Positions 13,221-27,553 are shown, numbered from the stretch's first letter. The stretch is 64,000 nucleotides of DNA from Girardia tigrina (GCA_001938485.1 MQRK01231804.1:1-64000), one strand, 5' to 3'. The notes: generated by a model from the letters alone, not told the origin. A program made the numbers and translations.

Positions 13221-14113
13221 ATTTGAAATCTACAGAAAAAGATAGATTGTAAAAATTAATTTGGATTTATTTGTATCGCTCTCTCTCTCTCTTTCAATAT
13301 TTTCCTTCAAATCAGACATATCTTTCCCATTCAATTTCAGTCAACCTTCCCATCTATCTATCCATTCAACTTATATTATTATATTATATTATTTATTATA
13401 ATAAAAATGAACTTACATAATTTTTAGTTGTCTATGACAATATCAATTAACGGATATTAAGATAGTTAATTGTATAATTAATTTGAAATTAAACTTTTAA
13501 TGACTGTAAGTCAGAAACTAACCGGTATATGTTATGTTTGGTGTATTCTAATTCGGGTCCGGATCATCGATAGCACCGAGATATTACCTTTAAGATCAAC
13601 TTATATGAGCCTTTTAAATTTAGAATACTAAAGAAGTAAATCCGTCCAATACCAAATCCACTAAAACTCATTTTAAAAAAGATAAAAAAGTACGTTCATA
13701 CTCAATTTGAACAATTAGACCGAGTGTTGGTGATGACTATTTTGTTATCTATTTGGTCTTTGTAGTTATTTCAGTTACATATCATACGGTATTGTTACCT
13801 TATGTTCTTTTATTATACTTTTCTTTTATCAGTATTGTGATTGACTCTGATTACGATATCTGCAAAGTATTGGGTGTGTTGTATTATTTCTATTTACATT
13901 AATATTAATATATTGAGTTATTAATGTCGTTATTTTGGTTCATAATAAAAAATAAGTACAATTTCAAAAATGTATTTTATATCAAAATAATTATATTTAA
14001 ACAAACATAATTAATATTAAATAATATTTGTTTAATATTAAAAGTTTAGGCATTTGAAGTATGCCTACAAATAACATTATGCCTAATTTATTTTCCTTGT
14101 TTTATTTTAACAG

Positions 14114-14133
14114 GTCTCACCGACGATAATGTA
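14114..14133 (+). other. Candidate 20-nt micro-exon
   Basis: CTAAT branch site, pyrimidine tract and TTTTAACAG acceptor, then 20 GC-richer nt and a GTGAGT donor at 14134. Open as (x)LTDDNV. Confidence 0.3.
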
Positions 14134-16364
14134 GTGAGTGAGCTCTGTTAAACAACAACAACAAACAAACAATAATAATAATAATAAATTTCTGTTGTTA
14201 ATTATAAATAATACTTCATCAGAAAATAATAATTAATTTTATTTTCGAAATTAAATCAAAACATTTTTCTTTCATATTTGCATATGATATCCAGAAAGAA
14301 TATTATTCTATTTATTATAATCAAGATTATTTATTCCAGACAGTTAAAAAGAAATTGAAAAATTAAATTATATAATCTTTTTTTCTATTCTATCGCTGTC
14401 AAAATTTTTTAATTAAATAAAGTGCTTCAAAGAAGTATTATTGGAAATTTTGTCAACTTATTGGTGCCAAATTTGTGGGAACAAACGCTCAGTTGTTTTA
14501 ATTTATAATTAAAATTAACGAAAATTTAAACAAGAAAATTAATATTTAATAGGAAAATAGAAATATTCGGCAACGAAAAATAAAACTATAAATTGTACTT
14601 TATTTTAATTAATTTTACTGAATATTTTTATACCTTCAAATTAAATGGTACCCACATTTTGATTATGATTATTAAAATAATAATTAAAGTTAATTAAAAA
14701 TCATGAAAAATAAAGATATAAAAATTACAATAAATTATATATAAATTATTCATAGACATTGAAATAATAATTATTTTTATTATAAAAAAGTACAATTTTA
14801 AAATTAAGACAGAAAATTTGTTTCGACACAACAACAAAAAATCATTCTAAAAATAGACAAAAATTCCCGATTTGTCCCCACCAGTTGAGGGGGGTCCCAG
14901 CAATCTCCAGTTGAACTATTTACCTATCGATAACACAGTCATTTTTATAAAAATAACTCGCATTACTTAATATCTAAATATAAAAAATGAGTCAATTTAA
15001 CAATCCCGGTTTTGACAAACATACTTTAAATTTATTTGTTCAAAATCTTTTGATAACAAATATTAATGATAAATTAGCAATGTTTTGACAGTTAGCAAAC
15101 ATGACGACCATTAATGGCCGAGATAAACAAGGAAGATATTTGCTAACTTGTACTCCCGATAGGACATAATTTGATTACTACTTCCACTGCCTACGAAGGC
15201 GAACATCGCGGGATATGTTGCTGGGAAATTGCTGGGAAGATTATTAATGTTAATTAATAAGTCATTGTAAGAAAATCTAATCTTCTTTATTGGTTTTACG
15301 GCTTTATGTCCGTAATCCGAGGATTGATGTGGATTGAGTAATTTTACTGAAAGAAATTTTATGTTTTCATATAAGTAGCTTTTAAAAAGAATTATAATGA
15401 TTTATAGATGTCTTTTAATTATTTTTCACTAAAGTATGTAGAATTATCACTGTGTTTAGTTAGGAAAATTATTGTATCCTACTATTTACCTTCCATTCCC
15501 CATTCAGAGAATAATACTAAAATGACTAAAATCATTTTCAATTAATCCTTTATTAGAAAATATTAATCAGATAATAGCAGGGAAATTCAAGAAAAGAGGA
15601 TTTATTTGTGAAATAAATGTTTAGATTTTTTTAAAATTTTTATAATATAGACTTGTAAAATATAAAATGAATACTTGAAAAAGTATTATTATTGCGGAAA
15701 TATATGATACATGCCATTTAACAGCTATGATTATTTATACCAAACTCATATATTTTTATTTATACGTCTTTATGATAACACAATTTTAAAAAAGACATTA
15801 AATATTAAAGAGGAGACAAAGAAAGAACAGAAATAAAATATAATAAGCTTAATTAATAGAAATTATATTATATTAAAAAAAGTCAATCAAAAGTCAAAAA
15901 CAAATACAATTAAAAAATTTCAAAAAGAATCCAAGGATATTTGAATACGTAGCTGCACCATCGCCTCTAACCAAGAATAACAGAAACTATTCCTATCGAG
16001 CAAAGAGTCAATCCACGTATTGAAGATCTGAATAATCATAAATTACCTTGACAACCGTCACCGTGACCCTAGAAATCATCAAAAACACCTTAAAAACCCA
16101 TCGAAATCCCCTAAACAACCAATCAAATCACGGTGACAGTCATCTAAAACATCTTAGAAACCTTCAAAAATCAATATCAACCATAAAATTTACCTTAAAA
16201 CCATCAAAATTAGTAAAAAAGTCAAAAATTGCTAATCAATACTGCACATGTGCAAGTTTGCAAAATCAATAAAGTCACAATTGTGCAAAGTGCAAATAAT
16301 TTTGATTGATATATTTATTTATTTTTAATATAATAGAGTTTAAAATTCAAAGTGGTGTAGAACG

Positions 16365-16900
16365 CTCATCAGTGAGGCAAAATGACCATAGTGAGGCAGA
16401 ATGCCCATATTGTGGGGAGCATACCCATAGTGTATAGACGGTGAAGCAAGCAAAATATTAAAATTCTGTTTGAACACATGGGTAAAAAACCATAGGTATA
16501 TAGTCGGAAAATGATCTTAGATTTTCAAAAAATCAATGCCTATTGCTTTATTGACATGTTGTGTTTTAAAGTGTAAAGTGGGCCGAATGGCCACAGCCTA
16601 GGCAGAGGTCCAACAAAATATATCAAAAAAAGTGTTTATGCTTTTGGATAGGAACTTATATATGAATAGTCAAAATCCCTGTCAACATTTTTGAAAAAAT
16701 TTTTATATATCAATTTTTTGTCCACAGTACCCATTGACAGAAAACGTACACAGAATGTATAGCTACAATAAAGCCCAATATCGAAATTGTGCTTGAACAC
16801 ATGCATAGAAACTTATAGATTCCACTTTAACATTATCCACAAAGTGAGCAGAACTCAATTTTTCGAATATGTGTGTATCATGTAAACACTATACAATGTG
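16365..16900. repeat. Remnant with ~20-bp subterminal-type repeats, probably a non-autonomous DNA transposon
   Basis: AGTGAGGCAAAATGACCAT, AGTGAGGCAGAATGCCCAT, GTGGGGAGCATACCCAT and GTGGGCCGAATGGCCAC repeats. Confidence 0.45.
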
Positions 16901-16995
16901 TTAAAAATATATTATATTATTATATAATATAATTATCTTATCAACCATTCAAAACATAACCGTATCCAAAGTGATATCTTCATGGATTTGTTATG

Positions 16996-17500
16996 TGTGA
17001 GGAATATTTTGAATTTGTATGTTGAGTTTAGTATTTGGAAATGTGTTTCTCCCACCTAGATGGAAAATTGATATTTTGGATGTTCACGATGAATAATTAT
17101 TCGAGTATAATTTGCATTTTAAAGTACAGCATAAGATATTTAAAAAACTTTGAAAATATCAAATCGTTTCAAATTTTAATATTAAAAATTTAAATAAAGT
17201 AAATAACTTTTAACTAAATTTTAAAGTAAATAAATGTTCTTTCTTTAAATAAAATCATTTTTTTAAATAAAATTAATATGTAGATAAAATTATTACTAAA
17301 ATTAAAAAATTTGAACTTTAAAAATAAAATCTGGAAATAATGAAAAATTTGTTCGAATAATTTTTTATTAAAAAACATTAACTAAAATTTATCAATTTAG
17401 AACGATGTCGAATTACTAAAGCTTTACTGAGAGTTTTCCAAAAGACAATTCAAATTGTATTGAAAATAAATGGTCGAAAACCCATGTTAGTGTTCTTAAT
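16996..17500 (+). repeat. ~500-bp repeat; inverted copy at 27772-28281
   Basis: Collinear reverse-complement match throughout, e.g. GATGGAAAATTGATATTTTGGATGTTCACGAT versus ATCGTGAACATCCAAAATATCAATTTTCCATC. Confidence 0.9.
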
Positions 17501-20500
17501 TTAAAAAGATTGATGAACTAGTGGAGAAACTAGTTGAGAAAAAACTTAGAAAAAAAAGAACTTTCAGATCTAGTGTACGCCGACGCCATCGAAGATAGAG
17601 AAGTAAAAAGAGAAATGACTCTGAGAAATGCCTCAAAAGCAGAAGATAAAAAGAATATTCAGGAGAAAATTTACTAATTTGAGCTGAAAGACAGGAATAT
17701 AGGAGTGGACGCGTACAAGACAAAGGAAATAAAGAATGGAAGAAAGTAGAATATAGAACAAGAAGACCGAGACCAAGATACAAAGAGAGAAAGATCGAAG
17801 GACCAAGAAGAAATTTTAAAGCGAGAAGGATCATATGTCGAACAGGATCATATGTGAGACGGAAATGCCCAAATGTTATATGCAACCATTGTAATAAGAA
17901 AGGGCTTGTAAGAACACAATATTATGAGAATCCAAACAGATTTAGAGAGCGCGAACAATCTGGAAGAGAAGATACAAGGAATAGTAGAAATGACCAAAAC
18001 GAATACACAAACACACAGTACAGAGGTCAGATGGAATATACGAATAGAAGAAACCAAGTAGCAGAATTAGAAGAATTCGATGACGAGTGCGAAAGAATGT
18101 CGGAAAGATCGAATAAAAGAGGAAGTCTAACTAAAAGAGAAAATATTGCAGACAAGAAATATTTCAGAGACGAACAGGGAAACGAGGAGGCACGATCACA
18201 GGGAGAAGTGATCAGTGCACTTCACTAAGAAACGAATGTGTGTGTATGTTTGACTGTATGAATGATTGTTTGTATGATGACGTATGTTGTGTATGGGATG
18301 CTGTTGAAAATATTCCTCAGGAATTGTGTATATTAGATGGTGAAAATGAAATGCCCAATGAGAAATGTGACAGCTTGATCACAGGAAAAGATGAAGAAAG
18401 AATCACAGATATAATGAAAATATCAAAGTTTAAAATAGAATACGAATAACTGAAAGGGATACCTAGTATAGAATTTCAAATAAAGAATAGAAAAGTGCAA
18501 TGTCTATTGGATACGGGAGCACGAGTGAATGTTATTAAATTAGACGTACTCAAAAATATGACAAATGTCAAAATAAAGGAGACAATAGACGTATACACTG
18601 TGCTAACGATTCTGAACTAGTAAATTACGGAATAAATTAACTAAAGATTTAGATTGAAAGAATATAGAAAACAGTGGACTTTTTTGTGGTAAAAGATTTG
18701 GAACCCGAAATGATTGCAGGAATAGATTTTCTAAATAAATTCAGCATAAAACTAAAGAAAGAAATAGGATACAACGAAGGAGTGCTGGTAATACGAGATA
18801 CTTTAACTGACGCAGACAGACTTAAAAGAATAAGGGAAATATACACAGATAAGATAGATGAACCATTAATGAAGTTGCTAATAGAATATAAAACGATATT
18901 CATGGGGGACAAATGGGATATCGAGAAGACAACACTAAGTAAGCATAAAATTGAAACGCAAGGAGAACCAATATTGGTAAAACCGTACCGACAGTCAAAA
19001 CACTTTGATGAAAAACTAGATGATATAATCAAGAATTACGAGGAAAAGGATATCATTGAAAAAGGCTGTTTGCCGTGGAATTTCGCGTTAGTATGCGTAT
19101 GGAAAAAAGACAAACAGGATATTCGAGTATGTGTTGATTTTCGACAATTAAATAAAGTCACAATCAGACCAGCATTTCCAATGCCAAATGTAGACGAAAT
19201 GCTAAATACATTAAATGGAGCGAAATACTTAAGCACGATCGACTTGGGGAGAGCATATCATCAAGTTGAATTGGAGAACGATTCAAAATTAAAAACTGCA
19301 TTTTCGACAAAGATCGGCCAATATTGTTTTAAAAGAATGCTATTCGGAATTGCAGCTGCCCCAAGAAATGACAAGAACTAATAACAAGAGTGTTAGGAAA
19401 ATTAAACTGGAAAGAAGCAGTTGTATACCTCGACGATATTCTAATCTTCGCAAAAGACAAACAAGAACATTTCAGACGAATCGAACACATATTTCAAAAT
19501 ATTAAAGAATCGGGCCTTCGGATAAACCCTGAAAAGTGTCAATTCATGGTAGAAAAGACAAAATTTTTAGGATATGTTGTGAGCAAAGATGGTATAGAGA
19601 CAGATAAAACAAAAATTGAAGCAATCGACAAATTTCAAAATCCTTTATGCATTAAACATTTAAGAAGTTTCTTGGAGCTAACGAACTATTATAGAAAATT
19701 TTTGAAGGATTATGCAAATATTCAAAAATACTGGAAGGGCTATATGGAAAAAATAAAGATAAAAAGTTGACATGTACAAAGGAGTGTGACGAAGCATTTC
19801 AGACATTAAAAGATAAAATGATAAAAACACCGATCCAAGCATATCCAGATTTTGAAAAGGAGTTTATACTGGATAAAGACGCCAGTTTTGATACAATCGG
19901 GGCAGTACTTGCATAGGAGAATGCATATGGGAGGGAAAGAGTAATTGCATATGGATCCAACAAGATGAACAAACACGAACTTGGATACTGTATTACAAGA
20001 AAAGAATTATTGGCAATCTATTACTTTATCGAACACTTCAAACATTTCTTATACGGAAAGAAGTTTCTACTTAGAACGGACCATAAGGCCATCACATTCA
20101 TAACTCCACAATTCCAAACTTGGATAAACTTCCTTTGTGAACTAGACATGAGGATGGAATTCCGCAACGGCGAAAAACACACTAATGCAGACGCAATGTC
20201 GAGAAATACATGTGAACTATGTGTACAATGTCAGACAATGCACGATGACAGTAAAAAAGGAAAAGGTAAAACTAGAATACTTGCATTAACTGACGATTCA
20301 GAAGAGTTCATTTGGCAGACGAATGATGAAGAAATAGAGCAGATTAAAGAAAATATTAGAATGGGAGAGACAAAAGAATGGCTACTGAAAAACAATATCG
20401 TGACGACAAGAGATAACAAATATTGGATATCTATGAAGAAGAGAACAGACTTTATAGAAGATATACATAAATGTTATGACATGCAGGAAGTAAGAAAGTA

Positions 20501-21060
20501 TACAATTACATAAAAGGTGATTTCGATATGTATGAAATAAGACAACAGATAAAGAAAATCGTACAAATTTGCGCAAACTGCCAGAAAAGGAAGACACTGA
20601 CAACAAAAACGAAAGAGAAACACATTAAACACTCTATCGACGAACCATTTCGAAAAATTTACATGCACTTTTGATGACCATTCTGAAGGACAATGAATTG
20701 ATACCAATTCATTTTAGCAATAATCGAAAAATTTAGTAGGTACATCAGCTTGACCGCAGTGGTACACCAAGACGAGCAGACTACACGAAAGGTCTTATTA
20801 GATAAATGGATTTGGAAATTCGGACCACCAAAAGAGATACACGTTAATAGAGGGAAAACTTTCGAATCAGCACTCTTTAAAAACACGACGAAGAAATTTA
20901 AGACGTAGATAGTATACTCAAGCCCTTATCACCACAATACTAACATAATCATAGAAAGACAATTCAGAACAATGAGAGACGTCATAAATATAGGATTAAA
21001 GCATGAAATGCATAGAGATTGGGTAGAAATGTTGGTAGAAATAGAATTCATGTTAAACGG
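17500..21060 (+). mobile_element. Decayed Ty3/Gypsy gag-pol, truncated; no LTR pair found
   Basis: Degenerate zinc knuckles ~17835-17915, protease LLDTGA ~18505, RT RVCVDFRQLNK and YLDD (19426-19437), RNase H DAS and ELLAI/RTDHKA, integrase FGPPKEIH..RGKTFES ~20820. Many stops and frameshifts. Confidence 0.92.
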
Positions 21061-21079
21061 CTAAGTGCTTAGCTCATAA

Positions 21080-21790
21080 AGCACTTCTAAAACCAAATTT
21101 TCTAAAACAAGAATTTCAAAAATAAAAATTTCTAAAACCATATGTTCTAGAACAGAATTTTGAAAGTAAAATATTTGGTACTCAAGAAAAATATTGAAAA
21201 GTTGTCATCATTCAAATATAAAAATTTTATTTCATTTTATGTCTATTAATCTTAATTTATTAAAATTTATTTCAATTTATTCCCAAAATCCTAATTTATA
21301 AAAATTTGTCACTTAATTCCTTAAAATCCTAATTTATAATAAATTATTTCTAATAATACTAATTTATAAAAATTTTTAAAAATTTTTGTGAAGAAATAAA
21401 ACTGTTGATTTCTTATGAAAAGGAAAAAAACTTTCGATGATACGTATTTCAGACAGCTTCTAAGTAAATAGAAACGGAAAAAAAGAAATAATTTGAATAA
21501 AGTAATTTGCAAAATTGTAGAACACAATCCAGACATAATACAAAATGCGAGACTCAGTATAACACCCAATGAGATCCTTTTATTCAAACACCTTAAAACA
21601 ATGGGTCGGAAAAACTTTGCTTCTAAAGACGAACAGCAAGAGAGTGAATCATTTCTCCTCTAAGGTTTCTCTTTTGGTAGCTTCTCATCCGACGTTGATC
21701 CTCCGTTCGTTTCTTTTACCTTCATATATTATTTATTTTTTTAAATCTAATAAAGTTGATTAAATATTAAAAAAATGGTGTTATATAATT
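21080..21790 (+). repeat. DNA-transposon remnant with short tandem subterminal repeats and a decayed ORF
   Basis: ~15-bp TTCTAAAAC repeats at 21085-21160 and CTAATTTATAA repeats at 21285-21370, followed by a broken ORF. Confidence 0.35.
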
Positions 21791-21819
21791 TTCTCTTATT
21801 TATCTTATTAAACTCGAAC

Positions 21820-24240
21820 GAGAAACGTTTGATAAGCCACGTATCAAATTTTATGCTGAAAGTAATACAAAAAGAATCATTCTGAAGGAGGAGCAAGTTC
21901 TTAGAAAGATGCAGACGGACTTCAGGGAAGACTGTAGCACTACAAGAATATAACAAACCTGAGGTTGTTTATGAGAAAAACAGACTAAAAAAGAATAATA
22001 TAAAAATAGAATTTAAAAGCGCTTTTCACATGGTGGAGCATGAAGCACTATGACACACTATGAATCAGCTCAACATTTGAAAACATATTACATGTATTAA
22101 TCACAGTCTTATGAAGATGCAAAGACCAAAGTGTTGACTAGCAACCAATTTAGTGACTGGTTTAAATAATCAGTAGGGGTAAAACAAGGTTTAATACTTT
22201 CACTAACACTATTCAACCTTTTTCTTGAGATAATCTGAATGGAAGTGATAGACGACCTGGATCAACCTACAATTTGCAGAGGATATGGTCATAATTGACA
22301 AAGACAAGGTAAATTAACAAAGAAAAAGAAAAATGATGGTCTAAGAAAGCAGTAACAACAAGGTAAAATGAGAGATCGACATTGAGAAGGAGAGGTGGGA
22401 ACAAGTTAGGAATTTGAAATACATAGTCTTTACTATCACTTAAAATTTTGGAATGTAAGAAGAAACCCAAAACAGGATTTGTATGATAACAAGCGTAATT
22501 ATTAGGTTTATCTCAGTTTTTAACCTCAAACAACTCAACCTTAAAAAGCATAATAAAGATCACTAAGGCTATTGTCTGGGTAACATATATGGATACCAGA
22601 GTTGGGCACTAAATTTAAAACGTGGATAAACTGAAAGTGTTTGAAATAAAGTGCCACAGGAAAACGCTGAAGATAAAGTGGAAAGAAAAGAGTACAAACA
22701 ACTTTGTCTAGAAAAGAGTGACAGAAATACTAGGTGAAAGACAGAAATCAATAGAAGAGACAATCAAGAGCAAAAAGCCTAAATTTTACGGTCATCAGAT
22801 TGAAAAACAAGCACTTTTAAAGATAATAATTGAAAGAAGAGTGGAAGAAGAAAACTAAATAAGGACTGAGTGCGAAAAATATTACTAACTTTAAAACCAT
22901 CTATCTTCAAAACCATATTTTTGATTGAAATAATATCGACTGTTTTGAAAAATGTGTTTTATTCAAAATACTTTTAGTAAGCTAAGAATGACTTTTTGTT
23001 TTTTTAATAAATTCTGCGAGTTTTTCCGGAATGTCTGCCATTAGACTTGCAATTGTTGTTTTTGTTACGTTTTTGGCTGCATTATTCCACTTTTTCCGAA
23101 AATGTGTAATTGTCTGTGCCCTCTTGTTTGTCATCTTAAAATGCTTTTTTACCAGGGCCCAATATCTTTTGATTTGGCGAAGCTCTGGGCAATTTGAAGG
23201 GTTTGCCTCTCTTTGCACCAAATCGACGTTATTGTCTTCGTACCACTTCTTGGCTGCCTTACCATAGTGATACGATCCTGCCAAAAGGAAGTAAGACCTC
23301 CGAGCTGATTTATGAATGGTAATAAACGCTTTTGCAAGCACCCCTTCATAGACTTCTGTGTTTATTGTGCCAGATGTGACAAAGCATTTACTCATGTTCA
23401 CCATCCACATATAGCCTTCCAAACAAGAAATCTTTTTGGAAACTTAGATTTTTTCTTGCTCCTAAATTTTTCGTCAACTCCTCTCTAAGCACATACGTTT
23501 CATCATCCATAATGCAACATTTTTCTTCGCAAGAAAACCAGATTTCAACTTTCTGGCTCACTTCTACGCCTTTACGTTCTTGTTAGCTTTCCGGTCTGGT
23601 ACTGTTTGAACTTTATACGTTTTTAAATCCACAGACTGTTTAATTTTCCGAACTGTTTTCTCGGTACAATTTTCCTTTAACGCCAGTTTTAGATTTGATA
23701 GACGAGGATTTCTCTCTAACACAGCCTTTACTTTCTTCACACTCTGTGTACACAAAAACACTTTCTTCTTCCCGAACCAATTTTTCTAAAAACGTTCAAG
23801 TTCTCATTGAAGTTTTTAATAACGTTAGAAACTGTTTTCTGACAAACCATTGCCTTTCTGGCAATTGTTTTGTGATTTTATTTTGGATTTTCTTGGATTA
23901 AACGAAAAATTAATTCGCGACTTCCTGTTTCTGACGACATATTCATGAAAAATGAAATGTAATAATGAATACTAAAATGAATTTTATTTTGATTTATTCA
24001 AACAACAGTCTACTTGATTAGATTTTTGTAATTTCTGAATTTATGTTGGAGTTATAGAGATTTAAAGTTAGTAATATTTTTTGCACTAAGTCCTTAGACA
24101 ATTGGAAGATGACTTAAAAGAATGGACTGTATGTAACATAGAACCTTTGAGAAGAGCGGTTGTAAGTATAGAGCAATGACAAAGACTTGCATTTAATTAG
24201 GTGTACCCATGACAATACGGCTAAGGCCCAAAGGAAAAGG
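21820..24240 (+). mobile_element. Decayed RTE-like LINE 3' fragment, interrupted by the DD37E element
   Basis: GVKQGLILSLTLFNLFLE (~22177), QFAEDMV (FADD-like, ~22270), FYGH and KIIIERRVEE (~22785-22850). Resumes after 24096 with QLEDDLKEWT. Confidence 0.75.
22862..24094 (-). mobile_element. DD37E (ITmD37E-like) transposon, full length, transposase disrupted
   Basis: ~34-bp TIRs AGGACTGAGTGCGAAAAATATTACTAACTTTAAA / TTTAAAGTTAGTAATATTTTTTGCACTAAGTCCT with TA TSD. Motifs CIMDDETYV, FWQD, and HYGK...NPSNCPELRQI(E>K)RYW are typical of the D37E family; spacing is reconstructed across a frameshift. Confidence 0.88.
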
Positions 24241-24350
24241 AAAAATATCGAAAATGCATAGTTCAAAAGTTGTAATTATAAAAAATATTATTTAATTAAG
24301 TTCCTAAAATTAGTGTTCCCAAATTCGTTAAATCTATTTTATTAAATATA

Positions 24351-25694
24351 TTGGGTTGTTGCATAAGTTCCCGCCGTTTTTTAAACATTTATTTTAAAAG
24401 AAATCAAAGAATTTTAACAACCAAAATAATGACTCAGTTAATTATATATTTAATGAAATCATAAAATTTTAACAGCAAAAATAATAACACTTCAATCAAT
24501 TATGTACTCTCCTTCATTGTTCACTACTTCTTCTCGTCTTTTCACCAGTTTGTTGATTCCATTTCGCCGGAAATCCTTAGGTGGAGTCTCGAAGAAGTTG
24601 TTGAGCCAATTCTCATTTTCGAAGCTAAGACCCCTCATTTCATTTGAAAGGCAGCGGAAGAGATGGTAATCCGTCGGGGCGAGGTCTGGTGAATAGGGAG
24701 GATGTTGAAGGACCTCAAAACCGAGTTCTTGGAGTGCCATCTTGATAGTTTTTGAGGTGTGTGGTCGAGCATTGTCATGGAGGAGGATCACCTGGCCTTG
24801 TCGATCCGGTCTTTTTTGTTGAATTTCCTCATTGACTCGATGCACTTGGGTTTCATAGAGATTCTTTTCTACTTTCATGTTCTTTCCAAGCATTTCCCAG
24901 TGGATTAGACCTTTTCAATCCCACGATACACAAACCATTGTCTTCATCGGGTGCAGGTCTTTCTTGATCCTGGGCTTAGGCTTCTCTCCAGGACTCACCC
25001 ACTCTTTTCTTTGCTTTATATTCACATTGAGACACCATTTCTCGTCTCCAGTGACGATTCTGTATAAGAAACGTTGCCTGTGGCCATAAGTTCCTTGGTG
25101 TCGAGCGGGATTTTGAGCAGCAATGGAAAGCCGCTTATCCTTCTGTTTTTGGGTGAGTTCGTGCGGGACCCAAGCTTCAAGCTTTTGAGTGAAACCCATC
25201 GACTGAGGATGGCGTGAAATTGTCGCAAAATCACAATTCATCTTTTCGGCCAATTCTCTGTATGTCTGGCGGCCATCTTCCTTCAAAAGATCCCCGAGTT
25301 GGTCCTCGTCCATCTCGACTGGTCTTCCGCAACGAGGAGCGTCGTTGATATCGAAATTATCGTGTTTGAACCTGGTAAACCAATCCCGAGCAGTTCTCTC
25401 AGCTATAGCGTCCTCTCCATACACGGCACAAATATCTCTGGTAGCTTCACTCGTTTTTTGACCTCGATTAAAGGTGAAAAGAAGAAGGTGTCGAAAATGC
25501 GAATTTTTTTCGCTTGACAATCCATTTGATGGTTCTAAAAAAGATAAAAAAATAATATAGGCAGAGACAATTACTTTAATCTTGTAGAGCATAGCACGGG
25601 CTTTCTAATGGTATATAACACTTCGACAAACATCAAAAAGTCTTTGTAGAACAAATAGTTTCATGTAACGGCGGGAACTTATGCAACAACCCAA
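24351..25694 (-). mobile_element. Mariner (DD34D), full length (1344 bp), frameshifted transposase
   Basis: Perfect 28-bp TIRs TTGGGTTGTTGCATAAGTTCCCGCCGTT with TA TSD. WVPHEL, VTGDEKW, HDNARPH and YSPDLAPTD motifs in ORFs 24915-25592 and 24492-24893. Confidence 0.96.
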
Positions 25695-26619
25695 TATTTA
25701 ATTATTTTAAATATAGCATGACCAAACCCTTTGAGGACCATTATTTGATTTCTAGTTGATTGTCTGGTTTTTATTATTTTTCAAAAATCAAGCAAATATT
25801 TAGACGCATTTGTCTCAACGAACTCATTATTTTTTTTAAAATTTTAAAAATATTTATGTAAATTTCAGTTTTTAAATGTCGAATTGCTTAATTCATTTTC
25901 CATTATTATATAAATATCTTTGAGTGTTTTGGTGACTTTGCTTTTTACATGAATGAATGAAAAAGAGAGAATAAATTATAAAATGAATAGAAATTGTAGT
26001 CTCTTTCTATCTTGATAAATAATAATTAATTGAGATCAATTTTAATGTGAGTACTTTTCTCAAACTTTTTTTTAGTTTTAGTTATTATATTTTAATATCA
26101 TACAATGGTAATACAAGATTTTAATGTCTTCTACAGAAACTCATTCAAATCCTTATTGATGGGACCAGAAATTATGTGTGGGAAATAAAGTATGACGAAG
26201 CAGAAAATCATTTTATAATAAAGAAAATATTATAGAAAGAATGATTTAACTATTTAGTTTAATTCCTGAGACGTAGTCACTGAAAACAGTTGCGTTCTTT
26301 TTAAATGTCGAATATTTAAGTTCATGTTTTAATGGGAATATAACTGTTGAGTCGTACACCTGTTGAGTATATCCACTAAATATACCTTTCTTTGGATAAT
26401 GGCCCATTTTATCCTCTTTTTTAAGATTTATAAAAACTTATAAAACAAGTATTAAATGACATTTTTACTTTCGATAAAGACCTAGGTGGATATGGGTAAC
26501 TAATTTTTCAGAGTAACAATAGATATTAATACAACTGTGACTTACACTATAAAAATTATAAAAGATCAAAGATTAAAAAAAACACAAACAGAATTATAAA
26601 AAACTATACAACGTTAGGT

Positions 26620-27553
26620 ATTATATCTGTTTAACCCGAATGGGGCCACCGTCCTTTTAAAATAACACTGCTCAAATATTTTTTACATCAATTTGACGAC
26701 TCAGCAACAGGCGGCATTAGGTGCAGTAGTCTTTGTATATATGAGTCATGAGTTTGAACTCATCAGTTTATTTTTTAATGTAGAACAAGTTATTTAGATA
26801 TAATAAACCAGAATTAATATCAAAAATTCATTTTTTCTAAAGGAAATAGTTTCGGCCTCATTAGGGTTAATTTATCTTTTTGATGTATATTATAATTTGA
26901 TTGTTGTATCGTCAGTGGCGGACGTCGTGAGTTAGACTCCAAATTGACCTTGCTGATTTTGTTACTGATATTTATGATTTCTGCTTATTGTTACAAATGA
27001 TGGACAAGCGTTAATGCTTTCCATTTCTGGGATCATAAAAGCTTTATTCTCATGGATTTCGTGGATAAAGGCATTATCATCAACACTGCATATTGTAGCC
27101 AACTTGTGGTAATCACCAAAAAGAATAAACGAAAGTAGAAGAAATTGCCACTATTTTTTCTTCACAACAATGCACCAGTGCATACAGAGAAAATTTCTCA
27201 GGTCACAATTGAATGTATTTGATTAGTGCTTGTGAGCCATTCAACGTACAGCCAAGATTTGGTACTGATCGATTTTTATCTCTTCAGACATGTAAAGAAG
27301 CATTTGAGAAGTATACAGTTTGGATACTATGACGATTTAAAGGTGGCTGTGGAGAATTACTTTGCCGCATATCCACTTGAAATTTTCAAAAAGCCGTTTT
27401 CTGAGTTGATTATTTGTTGGCGGAAATCTGTGGGAAAATGGAAATTATGTTAAAAAAGGATGCCTATATTCATAAGGCTTCTTGTGTTATAAAAATGGCC
27501 CTTTTCGGAATTTTTTTTCTTTGTCAGGCTGGGTTTTTATTGAACGCACCACG
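26620..27553 (+). mobile_element. Internally deleted mariner remnant (irritans-like)
   Basis: HNNAPVH and HSTYSQDLVLIDFYLF motifs. The 3' TIR TCTTTGTCAGGCTGGGTTTTTATTGAACGCACCACG|TA matches the TIR at 63191. Left boundary approximate. Confidence 0.75.

Noticed and set aside
13505-13898. TGTAA...TTACA block as a solo LTR
   Set aside because: No TSD and no second copy in the window.
15900-16365. Possible LTR followed by a PBS-like TGGTGTAGAACG
   Set aside because: No recognisable tRNA match, no partner LTR, and it is separated from the Gypsy ORFs by other repeats.
26849-26864. Minus-strand CUAAUGA-GGCC-GAAAC hammerhead-like core
   Set aside because: Core G is mutated and there is no stem III or cleavage triplet; at best a relic.
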